From Mobula hypostoma (Eukaryota): a stretch of 64,000 nucleotides of DNA. The stretch is from contig NC_086107.1 of assembly GCF_963921235.1 (NCBI RefSeq), positions 111,912,001 through 111,976,000 of the forward strand, written 5' to 3'. Shown here piece by piece: positions 35,501 through 43,609 of this stretch. Below the pieces are notes generated by a model. That model saw only the letters and a program-made list of their open reading frames with translations. It did no database searches and was not told where the DNA came from. How positions within the stretch are numbered: position 1 is the stretch's first letter; each line of letters starts with the position of its first letter. The position numbers and the translations under genes are program-made.

Positions 35501-38500
35501 ACCAGTCTGACTTCTCACATTAACAAGGTGTTTTCACCTCAGAACTGCCGCTCATTTGATGTTTTCTTTTGTTTCTCGCACCATTCTCTGTGAACTCTAG
35601 AGGCTGTTGTGCGTGAAAATACCAGGCGGTCAACAGTTTCTGAGATACTCAAACCACCCCATCTGGCACCAACAATCATTCCACAGTCAAAGTCACTTAG
35701 ATCACATTCCTTCCCCATTCTGATGTTTCAGTCTGAAAAACAACTGGAGCTCTTGACCATGTCTGCATGCTTTTATGCCTTGAGTTGCTGCCACACGATT
35801 GGCTGATGAGATATTTGCATTAACGAGCAAATCACTAATGAGTATCAGTCAGTAGCACAGACTCAAAATCTCAACAGACTGCTCCTGAAGCACAAATGTC
35901 TGATGTCAAGTTAGAAGAAAAACAAGGAGAGGAAGAAGCTGATTCAGAAATTTGGAACTAAAACAAGAAATTAAACAAGAGGTTTAATTAATAATAGGTA
36001 CAGGTAACCTAATGAAGTGGCCACTGAGTGTAACCATTACCAGGTGCTGAGGAAACTTGATTTAATGGGCATTGTGTCAGTAACAGGGCACTGAAGGATA
36101 GGGTTACTGAACATCAGTGAGGCGGCTGGAGTTTTTTGACTTTAAGGATACAGTAACAGGCCCTTCAGGTCCTACCGACCCACACCTAATTCCACCCATG
36201 CGGCCAATTAACCTAATAACCCGTAAGTCTTTGGAATGTGGGAGGAAACTAGAGCACCTGGAGGTCACGGGGAGAATGTACAAACTCCTTACAGACAGCG
36301 GCGGGAAGTGAGTTCAGGTCAATGGTTTTATAATGCATTGTGCTAACTGGTACGCTACCATGATTAACATCAGGAGAGATACAGCTAGTCAGGCAAAGTG
36401 CTGGGGGAGAGAGGTTACTGAGTAACTGAGGGAAATGGATTATTATTAGGGTGAATAAAAAATTCGTAAGGAACACCTGATTTAATCAGAATTTTTTATG
36501 ACTGATGATATTGCCATAAGATATATGAGCAGAATTAGGCCATTTGGCCCATCGAATCTTCTCCACCATTTCATCATGGCTGATCCATTTTCCCTCTCAG
36601 CCCCAATCTCCTGCCTTCTCCCGTAACCTTTCATGCCCTGATCAATCAAGAATCTATCAACCTCTGCCTTAAATATACTCAATGACTTGGCCTCCACAGC
36701 TACCTATGGCAATGAATTCCACAGATTCACCACACTCCGGCTAAAGAAATTCCTCATCTCCACTCTAAAAGGACACCACTCTATTCTGAGGCTGTGTCCT
36801 CTATCTTAGACTCTCCCACTATAGGAAACATCCTCCCTACATCCACTCCATCAAGGCCATCAAAACTAAGATAAGAAGATCAATATATCAACTGTGCTTA
36901 ATTACTTACTGCCCATTAAGAGTGAAGGTCCTCCATCTCTGGAGGTGTTCAAGGCTTCCTTCATCATGTCAGTAACTTCCTCTCAGTTTTCACTGCTGTC
37001 AGTCATGTAAGTCCCAGATGGAAACTCAGGAATAGCATTACACTCAGCTTTTTCTGTAATAATTTTGTTAGACCAGTCAGGGTTGTTAGCCCTCAGCTGA
37101 ACCCTCAAACCTGGAGGACCAGTGGACCACTCTTGGTTTGACCTGTACTCCTTGACCAATTTGGCATGGGTGACCCTACCAAGAGCTAAATCAAAGTTCT
37201 CTGGGTTATTGAGATACACAAGCCTCCAAAGCTTATGACAAGGGATTCCTCTTGGAGGAAATGTGTTTAATGTTCCTGTTTAATTTTAGTGCAGGTGTCG
37301 GGCGGACTGGCACTTTCATTGGCCTTGACTACCTAATGCAACGTGTGGAGAAGGAGTCATTGGTTGATGTTTATGGAATTGTCCGTAAAATGAGGATGAA
37401 TCGGACGTGCATGGTGCAGACCGAGGTGAGGAGTTTCTACATTTTCATTCTTTGCCATTAATCATGATCAATTTGAGTGAATTTCTCTCCATTGACATGT
37501 TCCTGACTGTTACATAGGTGCAGAGCAAGACTGACAATGGAGTAGTATGATTAGATGCATTTAATTATTTATTATCTATTGCGATACAAAGTAGAATAAA
37601 CTATTCTGGCCCTTTGAGCCATGCTACCCAGCAACTGCCGATTTAACCTTAGCTTAATCACAGGACAGTTTAAGATGACAAATTCACCTACCAGCTGGTA
37701 TGTTGTTGGACCATGGGAGGAAACCGGAGCACCCGAAGGAAACCCATGCGGTCACGGGGAGAACATACGGGCTCGTTAGAGGCAGCGGCAGGAATTGAAT
37801 CCGGGTCACTTGCACTGTAAAGCATTGCACAAACCGCTACGCTACTGTGGCGCACTGAGTCATGTCGGTAACATGCTGGGTAACTTACAATGTGGGAACA
37901 ACGAGCCGAGACCCCTGAGACAATAAAAACATGTACACTTGAAAGCACGCATGAAAGAGTGGGGGGGGGGGAGGTGGGCAAGCCCAATCACTGAGCAATC
38001 GATCAGCCACATGCAATTGAAATCGGATTCTTGCTATCGATCCACTGAAATCGGGTCACCTTCCAACTCTCAAACCAGAGGGAGTATTCGATGGGACAGT
38101 GTGGAGGGAACTTCACTGTATTTTTAAAATGTGTTTTGGGATGTGGGCATTATTGGTAAGACTCAATATTCACTGCTCATTCATAATTGCCCTCAAGAAG
38201 ACAGTGATCATAACAGGGACAATACCTGCTGTCTCATTTTTCGATGCTAGCATCAGTTCGAGGGCTGAGGTCAGAGACCACACTGTCCTGTTGAGTCTCG
38301 AGAAGATCAATCTGCTTCATGTCATTTCCTATCAAGGCCAACTCCTTTATACAGCTGATGTAGAACGGGTCACAGGAAAAGCCTTCCCTGTCTAGAGCGC
38401 AGAGGCTGTCGACCCTTCGGCCAACACCAAAGCTTCGGCAATTATGGGAAGGTTGCAATTTTTTTTTTGAGGACTGAGCATGTGCAATCCCTGCAGGCAA

Positions 38501-41500
38501 ATGTTGGATGGCAGAGGCCCATCGTCAGCAAAGATTAAAGTAAATGTATTATTGCAGTATGTATATATCACCATACACAACCCTGAGATATGTTTTCTTG
38601 CGGGCATTCACAAAACAGAAAAACTCAATAGAATCAATGAAAGTCCACACCCAACAGGATGGACAAACAGCCAGTGTGCAAAAAGCAACAAACTGTGCAA
38701 ACACAAAAAGGAAAAAAGTTAATAATAAATAACTGATCAATAAGTGCCACGTGCCAGTGAGGGTAAGAATAGGATGCTCTGGAGGATGAACAAGTGCTGA
38801 GGAACTGGTGTAGGGGGCAGGATTTCAGATTTCAGGATCATTGGGACCTCTTCTGGGGCAGGTGGGACCTGTACAAGAGAGACAGGTTACACTTGAACTA
38901 CAAGGGGACCAATATCCTTTCAGGGAGGTTTGTTAGTGCTATTGGGGAGGCTTTAAACTAGATTTGCAGGGGGATGGGAATCAGAGTGCCAGAGCTGACA
39001 GCGGGGCTAGGGTGAAAATAAATGATGTTAAAAGTTCAAGCAAAGCCCCAAATAGAAAGGTTGTGAGTGGTGGTAAAAATCTTCTGAGGTGTACATATTT
39101 CAATGCTAGGAGTATTGCGGGGAAGGCAGGCGAGTTGAGGGCATGGATTGACACGTGGAATTATGACGTTATAGCAATTAGTGAAACTTGGCTACAGGAG
39201 AGGCAAGACTGGCAGCTTAATATTCCAGGGTTCTGATGTTTCAGATGTGATAGAGGCAGAGGAATGAAAGGTGGGGGAGGGCGGGTAGCATTGCTTGTCA
39301 GGGAAAATGTTACACCAGTGCTCAGGCAGGACAGATTAGAGGGCTTGTCTATTGAGTCCTTATGGGTGGAGTTGAGAAACAGGAAAGGTATGGCCACATT
39401 AGTGGGGTTGTATTATAGACCACCCAATAGTCGGCGAGTATTGGAGGAGCAAATCTGCAGAGAGATAGCAGGCAACTGCAGGAAACATAAAGTTGTGGTG
39501 GTAGGGGATTTTAATTTTCCACATATTGACTGGGACTCCCATACTGTTAGGGGTCTAGATGGGTTAGAGTTTGTAAAATGTGTTCAGGAAAGTTTTCTAA
39601 ATCAATATATAGAGGTACCAACTAGAGAGGATGCAATATTAGTTCTCCTATTAGGAAACGAGTTAGGACAAGTGACGGAAGTGTGTGTAGGGGAACACTT
39701 CGGTTCCAGTGATCATAACACCATTAGTTTCAACTTGATCTTGCATAAAGATAGATCTTGTCCTAGGGTTGAGGTTCTAAACTGGAAGAAGGCCAAATTT
39801 GAAGAAATGAGAAAAGATCTAAAAAGCGTGGATTGGGACAGGTTGTTCTCTGGCAAGGATGTGATCGGTAAGTGGGAAGCCTTCAAAGGAGAAATTTTGA
39901 GAGTGCAGAGCTTGTATGTTCCTGTCAGGATTAAAGGCAAAGTGAATAGGAGTAAGGAACCTTGGTTCTCAAGGGATATTGCTACTCTGATGAAGAAGAA
40001 GAGAGTTGTATGAGATGCATAGGAAACAAGGAGTAAATAAGGTGCTTGAGGAGTATAAAAAGTGCAAGAAAATACTTAAGAAGGAAATCAGGAGGGCTGA
40101 AAGAAGACATGAGGTTGCCTTGGCAGTCAAAGTGAAGGATAATCCAAAGAGCTTTTACAGGTATATTAAGAGTAAAAGGATTGTAAGGGATAAAATTGGT
40201 CCTCTTGAAGATCAGAGTGGTCGGCTATGTGCGGAACCAAAAGAAATGGGGGAGATCTTAAATGGGTTCTTTGCGTTTGTATTTACTAAGGAAACTGGCA
40301 GGAAGTCTATGGAATTAAGGGAAACAAGTAGTGAGATCATGGAAACTGTACAGATTGAAAAGGAAGAGGTGCTTGCTATCTTGAGGAAAATTAAAGTGGA
40401 TAAATCCCCAGGACCTGACAGGGTATTCCTTCGGACCTTGAAGCAGGCTAGTGTTGAAATTGCAGGGGCCCTGGCAGATATATTTAAAATGTCAGTATCT
40501 ACGGGTGACGTGCTAGAGGATTGGAGAGTGGCTCATGTTGTTCCATTGTTTAAAAAAGGATCGAAAAGTAATCCAGAAAATTATAGTCTGGTAAATTTGA
40601 GGTCGGTAGTGCATAAGTTATTGGAGGGAGTACTAAGAGACAGAATCTACAAGCATTTGGATAGACAGGGACTTATTAGGGGAGTCAACATGGCTTTGTG
40701 CATGGTAGGTCGTGTTTGACCAATCTATTGGAGTTTTTTAAGGAGGTTACCAGGAAAGTGGATGAAAGGAAGGCAGTGGATGTTGTCTACATGGACTTCA
40801 GTAAGGCCTTTGACAAGGTCCCGCATGGGAGGTTAGTTAGGAAAATTCAGTCACTAGGTATACATGGAGAGGTGGTAAATTGGATTAGACATTGGCTCAA
40901 TGGAAGAAGCCAAAGAATGGTAGTAGAGGATTGCTTCTCAGAGTGGAGGCCTGTGACCAGTGGTGTGCCACAGGGATCAGTGCTGGGTCTATTGTTATTT
41001 GTCATCTATATCAATGATCTGGATGATAATGTGGTAAATTGGATCAGCAAATTTGCTGATGATACCAAGATTGGAAACACGAGGAATTCTGCAGATGCTG
41101 GAAATTCAAGCAACACACATCAAAGTTGCTGGTGAATGCAGCATCTCTTGGAAGAGGTACAGTCGACATTTCGGGCCGAGACCCTTCGTCAGGACCAACT
41201 GAAGGAAGAGCTAGTAAGAGATTTGAAAGTGGGAGGGGGAGGGGGAGATCCAAAATGATAGGAGAGGACAGGAGGGGAGGGATGGAGCCAAGAGCTGGAT
41301 ATGTGATTGGCAAAAGTGATATGAGGGGATCATGGGACAGGAGGCCCAGGGAGAAGCAAAAGGGGGAGGGGGGAAAACCCAGAGGATGGGCAAGGGGTAT
41401 AGTCAGAGGGACAGAGGGAGAAAAAGGAGAGAGAGAGAAAGAATGTGTGTATATAAATAAATAACAGATGGGGTATGAGGGGGAGGTGGGGCATTAGCGG

Positions 41501-43011
41501 AAGTTAGAGAAGTCAATGTTCATGCCATCAGGTTGGAGGCTACCCAGACGGAATATAAGGTGTTGTTCCTCCAATCTGAGTGTGGCTTCATCTTTACAGT
41601 AGAGGAGGCGTGGATAGACATATCAGAATGGGAATGGGATGTGGAATTAAAATGTGTGGCCACTGGGAAATCCCGCTTTCTCTGGCGGACAGAGCGCAGG
41701 TGTTCAGCAAAATGATCTCCCAGTCTGCGTCGGGTCTCGCCAATATATGGAAGGCCACATCGGGAGCACCGGACGCAGTATATCACCCCAGCCGACTCAC
41801 AGATGAAGTGTCGCCTCACCTGGAAGGACTGTCTACGGCCCTGACTGGTGGTAAGGGAGGAAGTGGGACCCTCCCTCATTGCACTTTGGAAGGACAAACC
41901 AAGGTAGAACAGAGGGATCTGGGAATACAGATACAAAATTCCCTAAAAGTGGCATCACAGGTAGATAGGGTCGTAAAGAGAGCTTTTGGTACGTTGGCCT
42001 TTATTAATCAAAGTATTGAGTATAAGAGCTGGAATGTTTTGTTGAGGTATAAGGCATTGGTGAGGAATAATCTGGAGTATTGTGTTCAGTTTTGGTCACC
42101 AAATTACAGGAAGGATATTAATAAGGTTGAAAGAGTGCAGAGAAGGTTTACAAGGATGTTGCTGGGACTTGAGCAACTCAGTTACAGAGAAAGGTTGACT
42201 AGGTTAGGACTTTATTCCCTGGAATATAGAAGAATGAGGGGAGATTTGATAGAGGTATATAAAATTATGATGGGTATAGATAAAGTGAATGCAAGCAGGG
42301 TTTTTCCACTGAGGCAAGGGGAGAAAAAAACCAGAGGACATGGGTTAAGGGTGAGGGGGGAAAAGTTTAAAGGGAACAATAGTGGGGGCTTCTTCACACA
42401 GAGGGTGGTGGCAGTGTGGAATGAGCTGCCAGATGAGGTGGTAAAATACGGGTTCTTTTTTAACATTTAAGAATAAATTGGACAGATACATGGATGGGAG
42501 GTGTATGGAGGGATATGGTCCATGTGCAGGTCAGTGGGACTAGGCAGAAAATGGTTCGGCACAGCCAGGAAGGGCAAAAAGGCCTGTTTCTGCACTGTCA
42601 TTTTTCTATGGTTTCTAAGTAGAGAGAACATGAGATGAAGAGTCCCTGAAAGTGAGTCCAGAAGTTGTAGGAATAGTTCAGTGATGGGATGACTGAAGTT
42701 GAGTGAAGTTATCCCCACTGGTTCAAGACTCTGATGGTTGAGGGGTAATAACTGTTCTCCCTTCATCTTCTCCGATTAATAACTGTACGCTTTACTTTCA
42801 ATATTAATGTCTGTATCATCTCATCCTGAGTAACACTTGTGTCTCATCTTCCGTTTTTTTGTTTTTTCAGTCTCAGTATATCTTCCTGCACCAGTGCATT
42901 CTGGACTCAATACAACAGAAAGACGTCAGTGAACCCATCTATGAGAATCAAACAGACCTCATCTACGAGAACGCCAGTGCCATCAAAGCTGCGTATAATC
43001 ACAACCAGTAG
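2003..43011 (+). CDS. PTPRH: Receptor-type tyrosine-protein phosphatase H-like (R3 subtype, SAP-1-like), 5'-partial spliced gene with 12 coding exons in the window
   Basis: Exons 2003-2308, 5157-5426, 7033-7126, 12884-12937, 16347-16428, 17837-17927, 21455-21531, 28778-28912, 30135-30257, 34914-35071, 37290-37425 and 42871-43011 are joined by GT-AG introns and splice in frame (1667 nt). The product is FN3-FN3-TM-single PTP domain. The last FN3 abuts the TM and the tail reads [12 protein letters not shown], which resembles PTPRH more than PTPRJ/B/O. Orthology is inferred, not tested. Confidence 0.85.
2446..2926 (+). mobile_element. CR1 LINE 3' fragment
   Basis: [32 protein letters not shown]-terminal motif and a (TCTTATGG)n tail. 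Confidence 0.85.
3620..4277 (-). mobile_element. Possible solo LTR containing a (CT)n tract
   Basis: Ends TGTTA...TAACA with an imperfect terminal inverted repeat. No TSD seen. Confidence 0.35.
3835..3915. repeat. (CT)n microsatellite
   Basis: Direct reading. Confidence 0.95.
5157..5426 (+). CDS. PTPRH: PTPRH-like exon: membrane-proximal FN3 domain
   Basis: tttttcAG|TT acceptor and C|GTGAGT donor, phase 1-1, 270 nt. Translation [24 protein letters not shown]...[17 protein letters not shown]...ECWTNSQ. Confidence 0.9.
5546..5574. repeat. (GAT)n microsatellite
   Basis: Direct reading. Confidence 0.95.
6316..6975 (+). mobile_element. Two tRNA-derived V-SINE/HE1-like SINEs
   Basis: tRNA-like head, core TTCCTCCCACAGTCCAAAGA..GGTTAATTGGTCATTGTAAATT, and a CR1-like tail with (TAAA)n. 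Approximate further copies at 8345-8645(-), 14910-15150(+), 15620-16215(-), 18670-19870(-), 29345-29585(-), 36140-36362(-), 37565-37855(-) and 60160-60480(-). Confidence 0.7.
7033..7126 (+). CDS. PTPRH: PTPRH-like exon: transmembrane helix
   Basis: tttatAG|CC acceptor and AG|GTAAGA donor. Translation [25 protein letters not shown] followed by the basic stop-transfer RARRQR. Not present in the ORF track. Confidence 0.9.
7345..8240 (+). mobile_element. RTE-like non-autonomous repeat split by a Rex1-like insertion
   Basis: Colinear with the uninterrupted copy at ~47650-48150 (+) and with 9470-9795 (-). The RTE assignment is from recall. Confidence 0.6.
7674..8175 (-). mobile_element. Rex1/Babar LINE 3' end
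   Basis: ORF 7816-8214(-) reads [19 protein letters not shown]...SHPLH...[13 protein letters not shown], followed by AATAAA and an (ACTATG)n tail. The same tail is at 62127-62209. Confidence 0.8.
8721..9205 (-). mobile_element. Penelope-like element 3' fragment with decayed hammerhead motif
   Basis: Encodes the end of the EN domain ([12 protein letters not shown]) plus the 3' tail. CTGAAGA..GAAA core at 8781-8805(-). Candidate TSD ATAAAACAGAA (8710-8720, 9206-9216). Confidence 0.8.
9796..9875. mobile_element. 80-bp hAT/Charlie-like MITE
   Basis: TIR CAAGGATTCCCAACC / GGTTGGGAACCCCAG. The 8-bp flanks TCCTGGAT/TCCCAGAT match 6/8. Confidence 0.65.
10898..11566 (+). mobile_element. Penelope-like 3' fragment with an internal 173-bp tandem duplication
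   Basis: [22 protein letters not shown] coding end. Units at 11086-11258 and 11259-11431. Decayed hammerhead at 11415-11452. Confidence 0.8.
11909..12445 (-). mobile_element. Tc1-like non-autonomous element
   Basis: Left TIR TA|CACTCAGTGGCCACTTTATTAGG; body colinear with 1252-1811. Confidence 0.75.
12884..12937 (+). CDS. PTPRH: PTPRH-like exon: 54-nt juxtamembrane exon
   Basis: ttccAG|G acceptor and AA|GTAGGT donor, phase 2-2, fits both neighbours. Translation [17 protein letters not shown]. Confidence 0.7.
13517..14060 (+). mobile_element. CR1 LINE 3' fragment
   Basis: [17 protein letters not shown] and [14 protein letters not shown] motifs, then a CTATGACTCTAT tail. Confidence 0.85.
14390..14904. 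mobile_element. PIF/Harbinger-like MITE
   Basis: 22-bp TIR AGGCTGATTTATA(T/C)TTGTGCGT matching 21/22, with a TTA target duplication (14387-14389, 14905-14907). CpG-rich interior. Confidence 0.85.
16347..16428 (+). CDS. PTPRH: PTPRH-like exon: start of PTP domain
   Basis: cattAG|G acceptor and CAG|GTGTGT donor. Translation [27 protein letters not shown] carries the R3-type GFAEEY motif. Confidence 0.9.
16515..17550 (+). mobile_element. Two Rex1/Babar-like LINE 3' fragments
   Basis: [26 protein letters not shown] motif and AATAAATTTACTTTGAACTTTGA tail. Similar copies at 15737-16030, 20505-21125 and 25160-26712. Confidence 0.75.
17837..17927 (+). CDS. PTPRH: PTPRH-like exon: KNRY (pTyr recognition) loop
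   Basis: ttgcAG|AGT acceptor and T|GTAAGT donor, 91 nt. Translation [30 protein letters not shown]. Confidence 0.93.
18791..18999 (-). mobile_element. tRNA/RTE-like SINE inserted into a V-SINE-like copy
   Basis: Same family as 988-1210. Flanked by a diverged 14-bp duplication CACAGGACAATTTA / TGCGGGACAACTTA. Confidence 0.6.
21455..21531 (+). CDS. PTPRH: PTPRH-like exon: RVKL/YINAS motifs
   Basis: tttcAG|AC acceptor and CCT|GTGAGT donor, 77 nt. Translation [26 protein letters not shown]. Confidence 0.93.
21790..24566 (+). mobile_element. Older CR1 3' fragment (21790-22368 plus 24421-24566) interrupted by a younger CR1
   Basis: The two outer parts rejoin colinearly with the CR1 tail at 2446-2926. 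Confidence 0.8.
22369..24420 (+). mobile_element. Young 5'-truncated CR1 LINE (ORF2 reverse transcriptase)
   Basis: [44 protein letters not shown] and FADD motifs. One in-frame TGA at 23330-23332. (CTATGGTT)n tail. Confidence 0.95.
24830..25158 (-). mobile_element. Gypsy/Ty3 gag relic (PNMA-like capsid region)
   Basis: [48 protein letters not shown] and [14 protein letters not shown], in shifted frames. Confidence 0.65.
25820..26712 (+). mobile_element. Rex1/Babar LINE RT/C-terminal fragment
   Basis: [25 protein letters not shown]...QGCVPSPLF and [16 protein letters not shown]; frameshifted. Confidence 0.8.
28778..28912 (+). CDS. PTPRH: PTPRH-like exon: IAxQGP/DFWRM/IVMLT motifs
   Basis: ctcaaAG|GGT acceptor and CGG|GTGAGT donor, 135 nt. 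Translation [45 protein letters not shown]. Confidence 0.95.
29648..29760 (-). mobile_element. Penelope-like 3' tail (short, internally deleted)
   Basis: Same tail sequence as the other copies, truncated just upstream of the ribozyme. Confidence 0.75.
29722..29759 (-). ncRNA. Minimal type-I hammerhead ribozyme (best-preserved copy)
   Basis: The minus strand reads CAGUC-CUGAUGA-G-GGGU(CUUG)GCCC-GAAA-CG-UC/GACUG. This gives a 5-bp stem I, the full core, stem II, a palindromic minimal stem III and a GUC cleavage triplet. Confidence 0.75.
30135..30257 (+). CDS. PTPRH: PTPRH-like exon: KCxxYWP motif
   Basis: tttccAG|GTC acceptor and weak AAG|GTGGAG donor, 123 nt. Translation [41 protein letters not shown]. 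Confidence 0.9.
30290..31425. repeat. ~30-bp minisatellite (GCTGATCAATGATTGATCAAAAGGGAGAGCTA-like) split by a DNA transposon
   Basis: Units at 30290-30566 and 31329-31425. Confidence 0.9.
30567..31328 (+). mobile_element. Non-autonomous DNA transposon (hAT-like?) with a BED-type zinc-finger relic
   Basis: TIR CAGACATCCCACC/GGTGGGATGTCTG and 6-bp TSD CAAAAG. Internal (GCGA/GAGA)n tract. Coding relic [16 protein letters not shown]../CKRHVE. Confidence 0.7.
31445..32343 (+). mobile_element. CR1 LINE 3' fragment
   Basis: [20 protein letters not shown] and [10 protein letters not shown] motifs plus the CR1 tail. Confidence 0.85.
32722..33150 (+). mobile_element. Penelope-like 3' UTR/tail
   Basis: Near-identical to the reverse complement of 41076-41495, which is contiguous with a GIY-YIG ORF relic. 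Confidence 0.85.
33014..33051 (+). ncRNA. Minimal hammerhead ribozyme, sense to the host gene
   Basis: UAGUC-CUGACGA-A-GGGU(CUCG)GCCU-GAAA-CG-UC/GACUG. The core is intact, with a G-U at the base of stem II. Confidence 0.7.
33323..33692 (-). mobile_element. Penelope-like 3' tail with mutated hammerhead (33421-33458)
   Basis: The minus strand reads CAGUC-CUGAAGA-AGGGUCUUGGCCU-GAAA-CG-CU-GACUG, so the cleavage triplet is altered. Confidence 0.8.
34060..34602 (+). mobile_element. Tc1-like non-autonomous element (opposite orientation)
   Basis: Reverse complement of the 1252-1811 body; decayed TIRs. Confidence 0.7.
34914..35071 (+). CDS. PTPRH: PTPRH-like exon: WPD loop and catalytic Cys
   Basis: aacAG|GCC acceptor and AG|GTAAGA donor. 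Translation [32 protein letters not shown]...GGLPVVHC(S). Confidence 0.95.
35331..36030 (-). mobile_element. Tc1-like non-autonomous element
   Basis: TA|CACTCAGTGGCCACTTTATTAGG...CCTAATGAAGTGGCCACTGAGTG|TA. Carries ~160 bp of extra sequence at 35832-35995. Confidence 0.85.
36513..36860 (-). mobile_element. CR1 3' fragment
   Basis: Reverse complement of the CR1 tail. Similar fragments at 44340-44650, 44910-45260 and 46880-47100. Confidence 0.8.
37290..37425 (+). CDS. PTPRH: PTPRH-like exon: P-loop and Q-loop
   Basis: ttttAG|T acceptor and GAG|GTGAGG donor, 136 nt. Translation (S)[45 protein letters not shown]. Confidence 0.95.
38744..42617 (+). mobile_element. CR1 LINE (end of ORF1 esterase plus ORF2 APE-RT), decayed and interrupted by a Penelope-like element
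   Basis: [21 protein letters not shown] (ORF1), YFNARSI..ISETWL..VGDFN..SSDH (APE) and RT motifs. Same subfamily as 22369-24420. Confidence 0.92.
41076..41877 (-). mobile_element. Penelope-like element: GIY-YIG endonuclease C-terminus, 3' UTR and hammerhead (41160-41197)
   Basis: [34 protein letters not shown]...PVATHFN. The ribozyme reads UGGUC-CUGACGA-AGGGUCUCGGCCC-GAAA-UG-UC/GACUG. Confidence 0.9.
42871..43011 (+). CDS. PTPRH: PTPRH-like terminal coding exon
   Basis: Long pyrimidine tract ending ttttcAG|TCT. Translation [46 protein letters not shown] with TAG at 43009-43011. Confidence 0.92.
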   Translation, partial: SQYIFLHQCILDSIQQKDVSEPIYENQTDLIYENASAIKAAYNHNQ

Positions 43012-43486
43012 TCAGAGCTACAGCACTATTGCCTGCAGTTTTGTTGCTGTAGATACAGGGTGCACTCTGTCTGTGATCATGGCTGTGGCTGTGCCTTTTT
43101 CAATATTCTACCATCCCTGATCATATGAAGACTGGACTGATGTCAGCAGAGTATTGTCTCCTTTCCGACCTTTTATAGTCACTGGTGCACTTTAACTGCA
43201 CAGAGTCCAGCTCACCATCTATCTTTGGTCCGCTGTCTGCTCCAGTGCATCCATGTCCGTCGCAGTGTTTGCATGTTTCCTTGCATATATCAAACTGCCC
43301 CATTCTCTCTACATATTACACTGTTTCTGTCTCTCTCACACTATTTTCACCAACATCTCTACATTTGTCTTGCTTCCTCCAAACGTCACTCAATATTCAC
43401 ATTGATCCCTCGTCCGTCCTACTGGTAGTTTCCGCCCATCTCTACCACCATTTCTGTGTTCCTCTGGGTCCACAGGGAGAAAAAAA

Positions 43487-43609
43487 AACACAAGCCGGGG
43501 ACTAATCAGCCCTGGCTGGGTCGCCTGGGCGAGAGCGTCTGATGTTGAAAGACCTGATGACCCCAGGTTACATCACTGAAGATGTGTCCCAGCGTGTTCT
43601 GGGATGTAC
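43487..43609 (+). mobile_element. Possible HERO-type non-LTR element 3' end inside the putative 3' UTR
   Basis: ACACAAGCCGGGG..CTGGGTCGCCTGG..CTGATGTTGAAAGACC..ACATCACTGAAGATGTGTCC resembles fish HERO 3' UTRs as I recall them; unverified. Confidence 0.4.

Noticed and set aside
41580..42470. 296-aa ORF as a novel protein
   Set aside because: Chance read-through from antisense Penelope sequence into the CR1 C-terminus.
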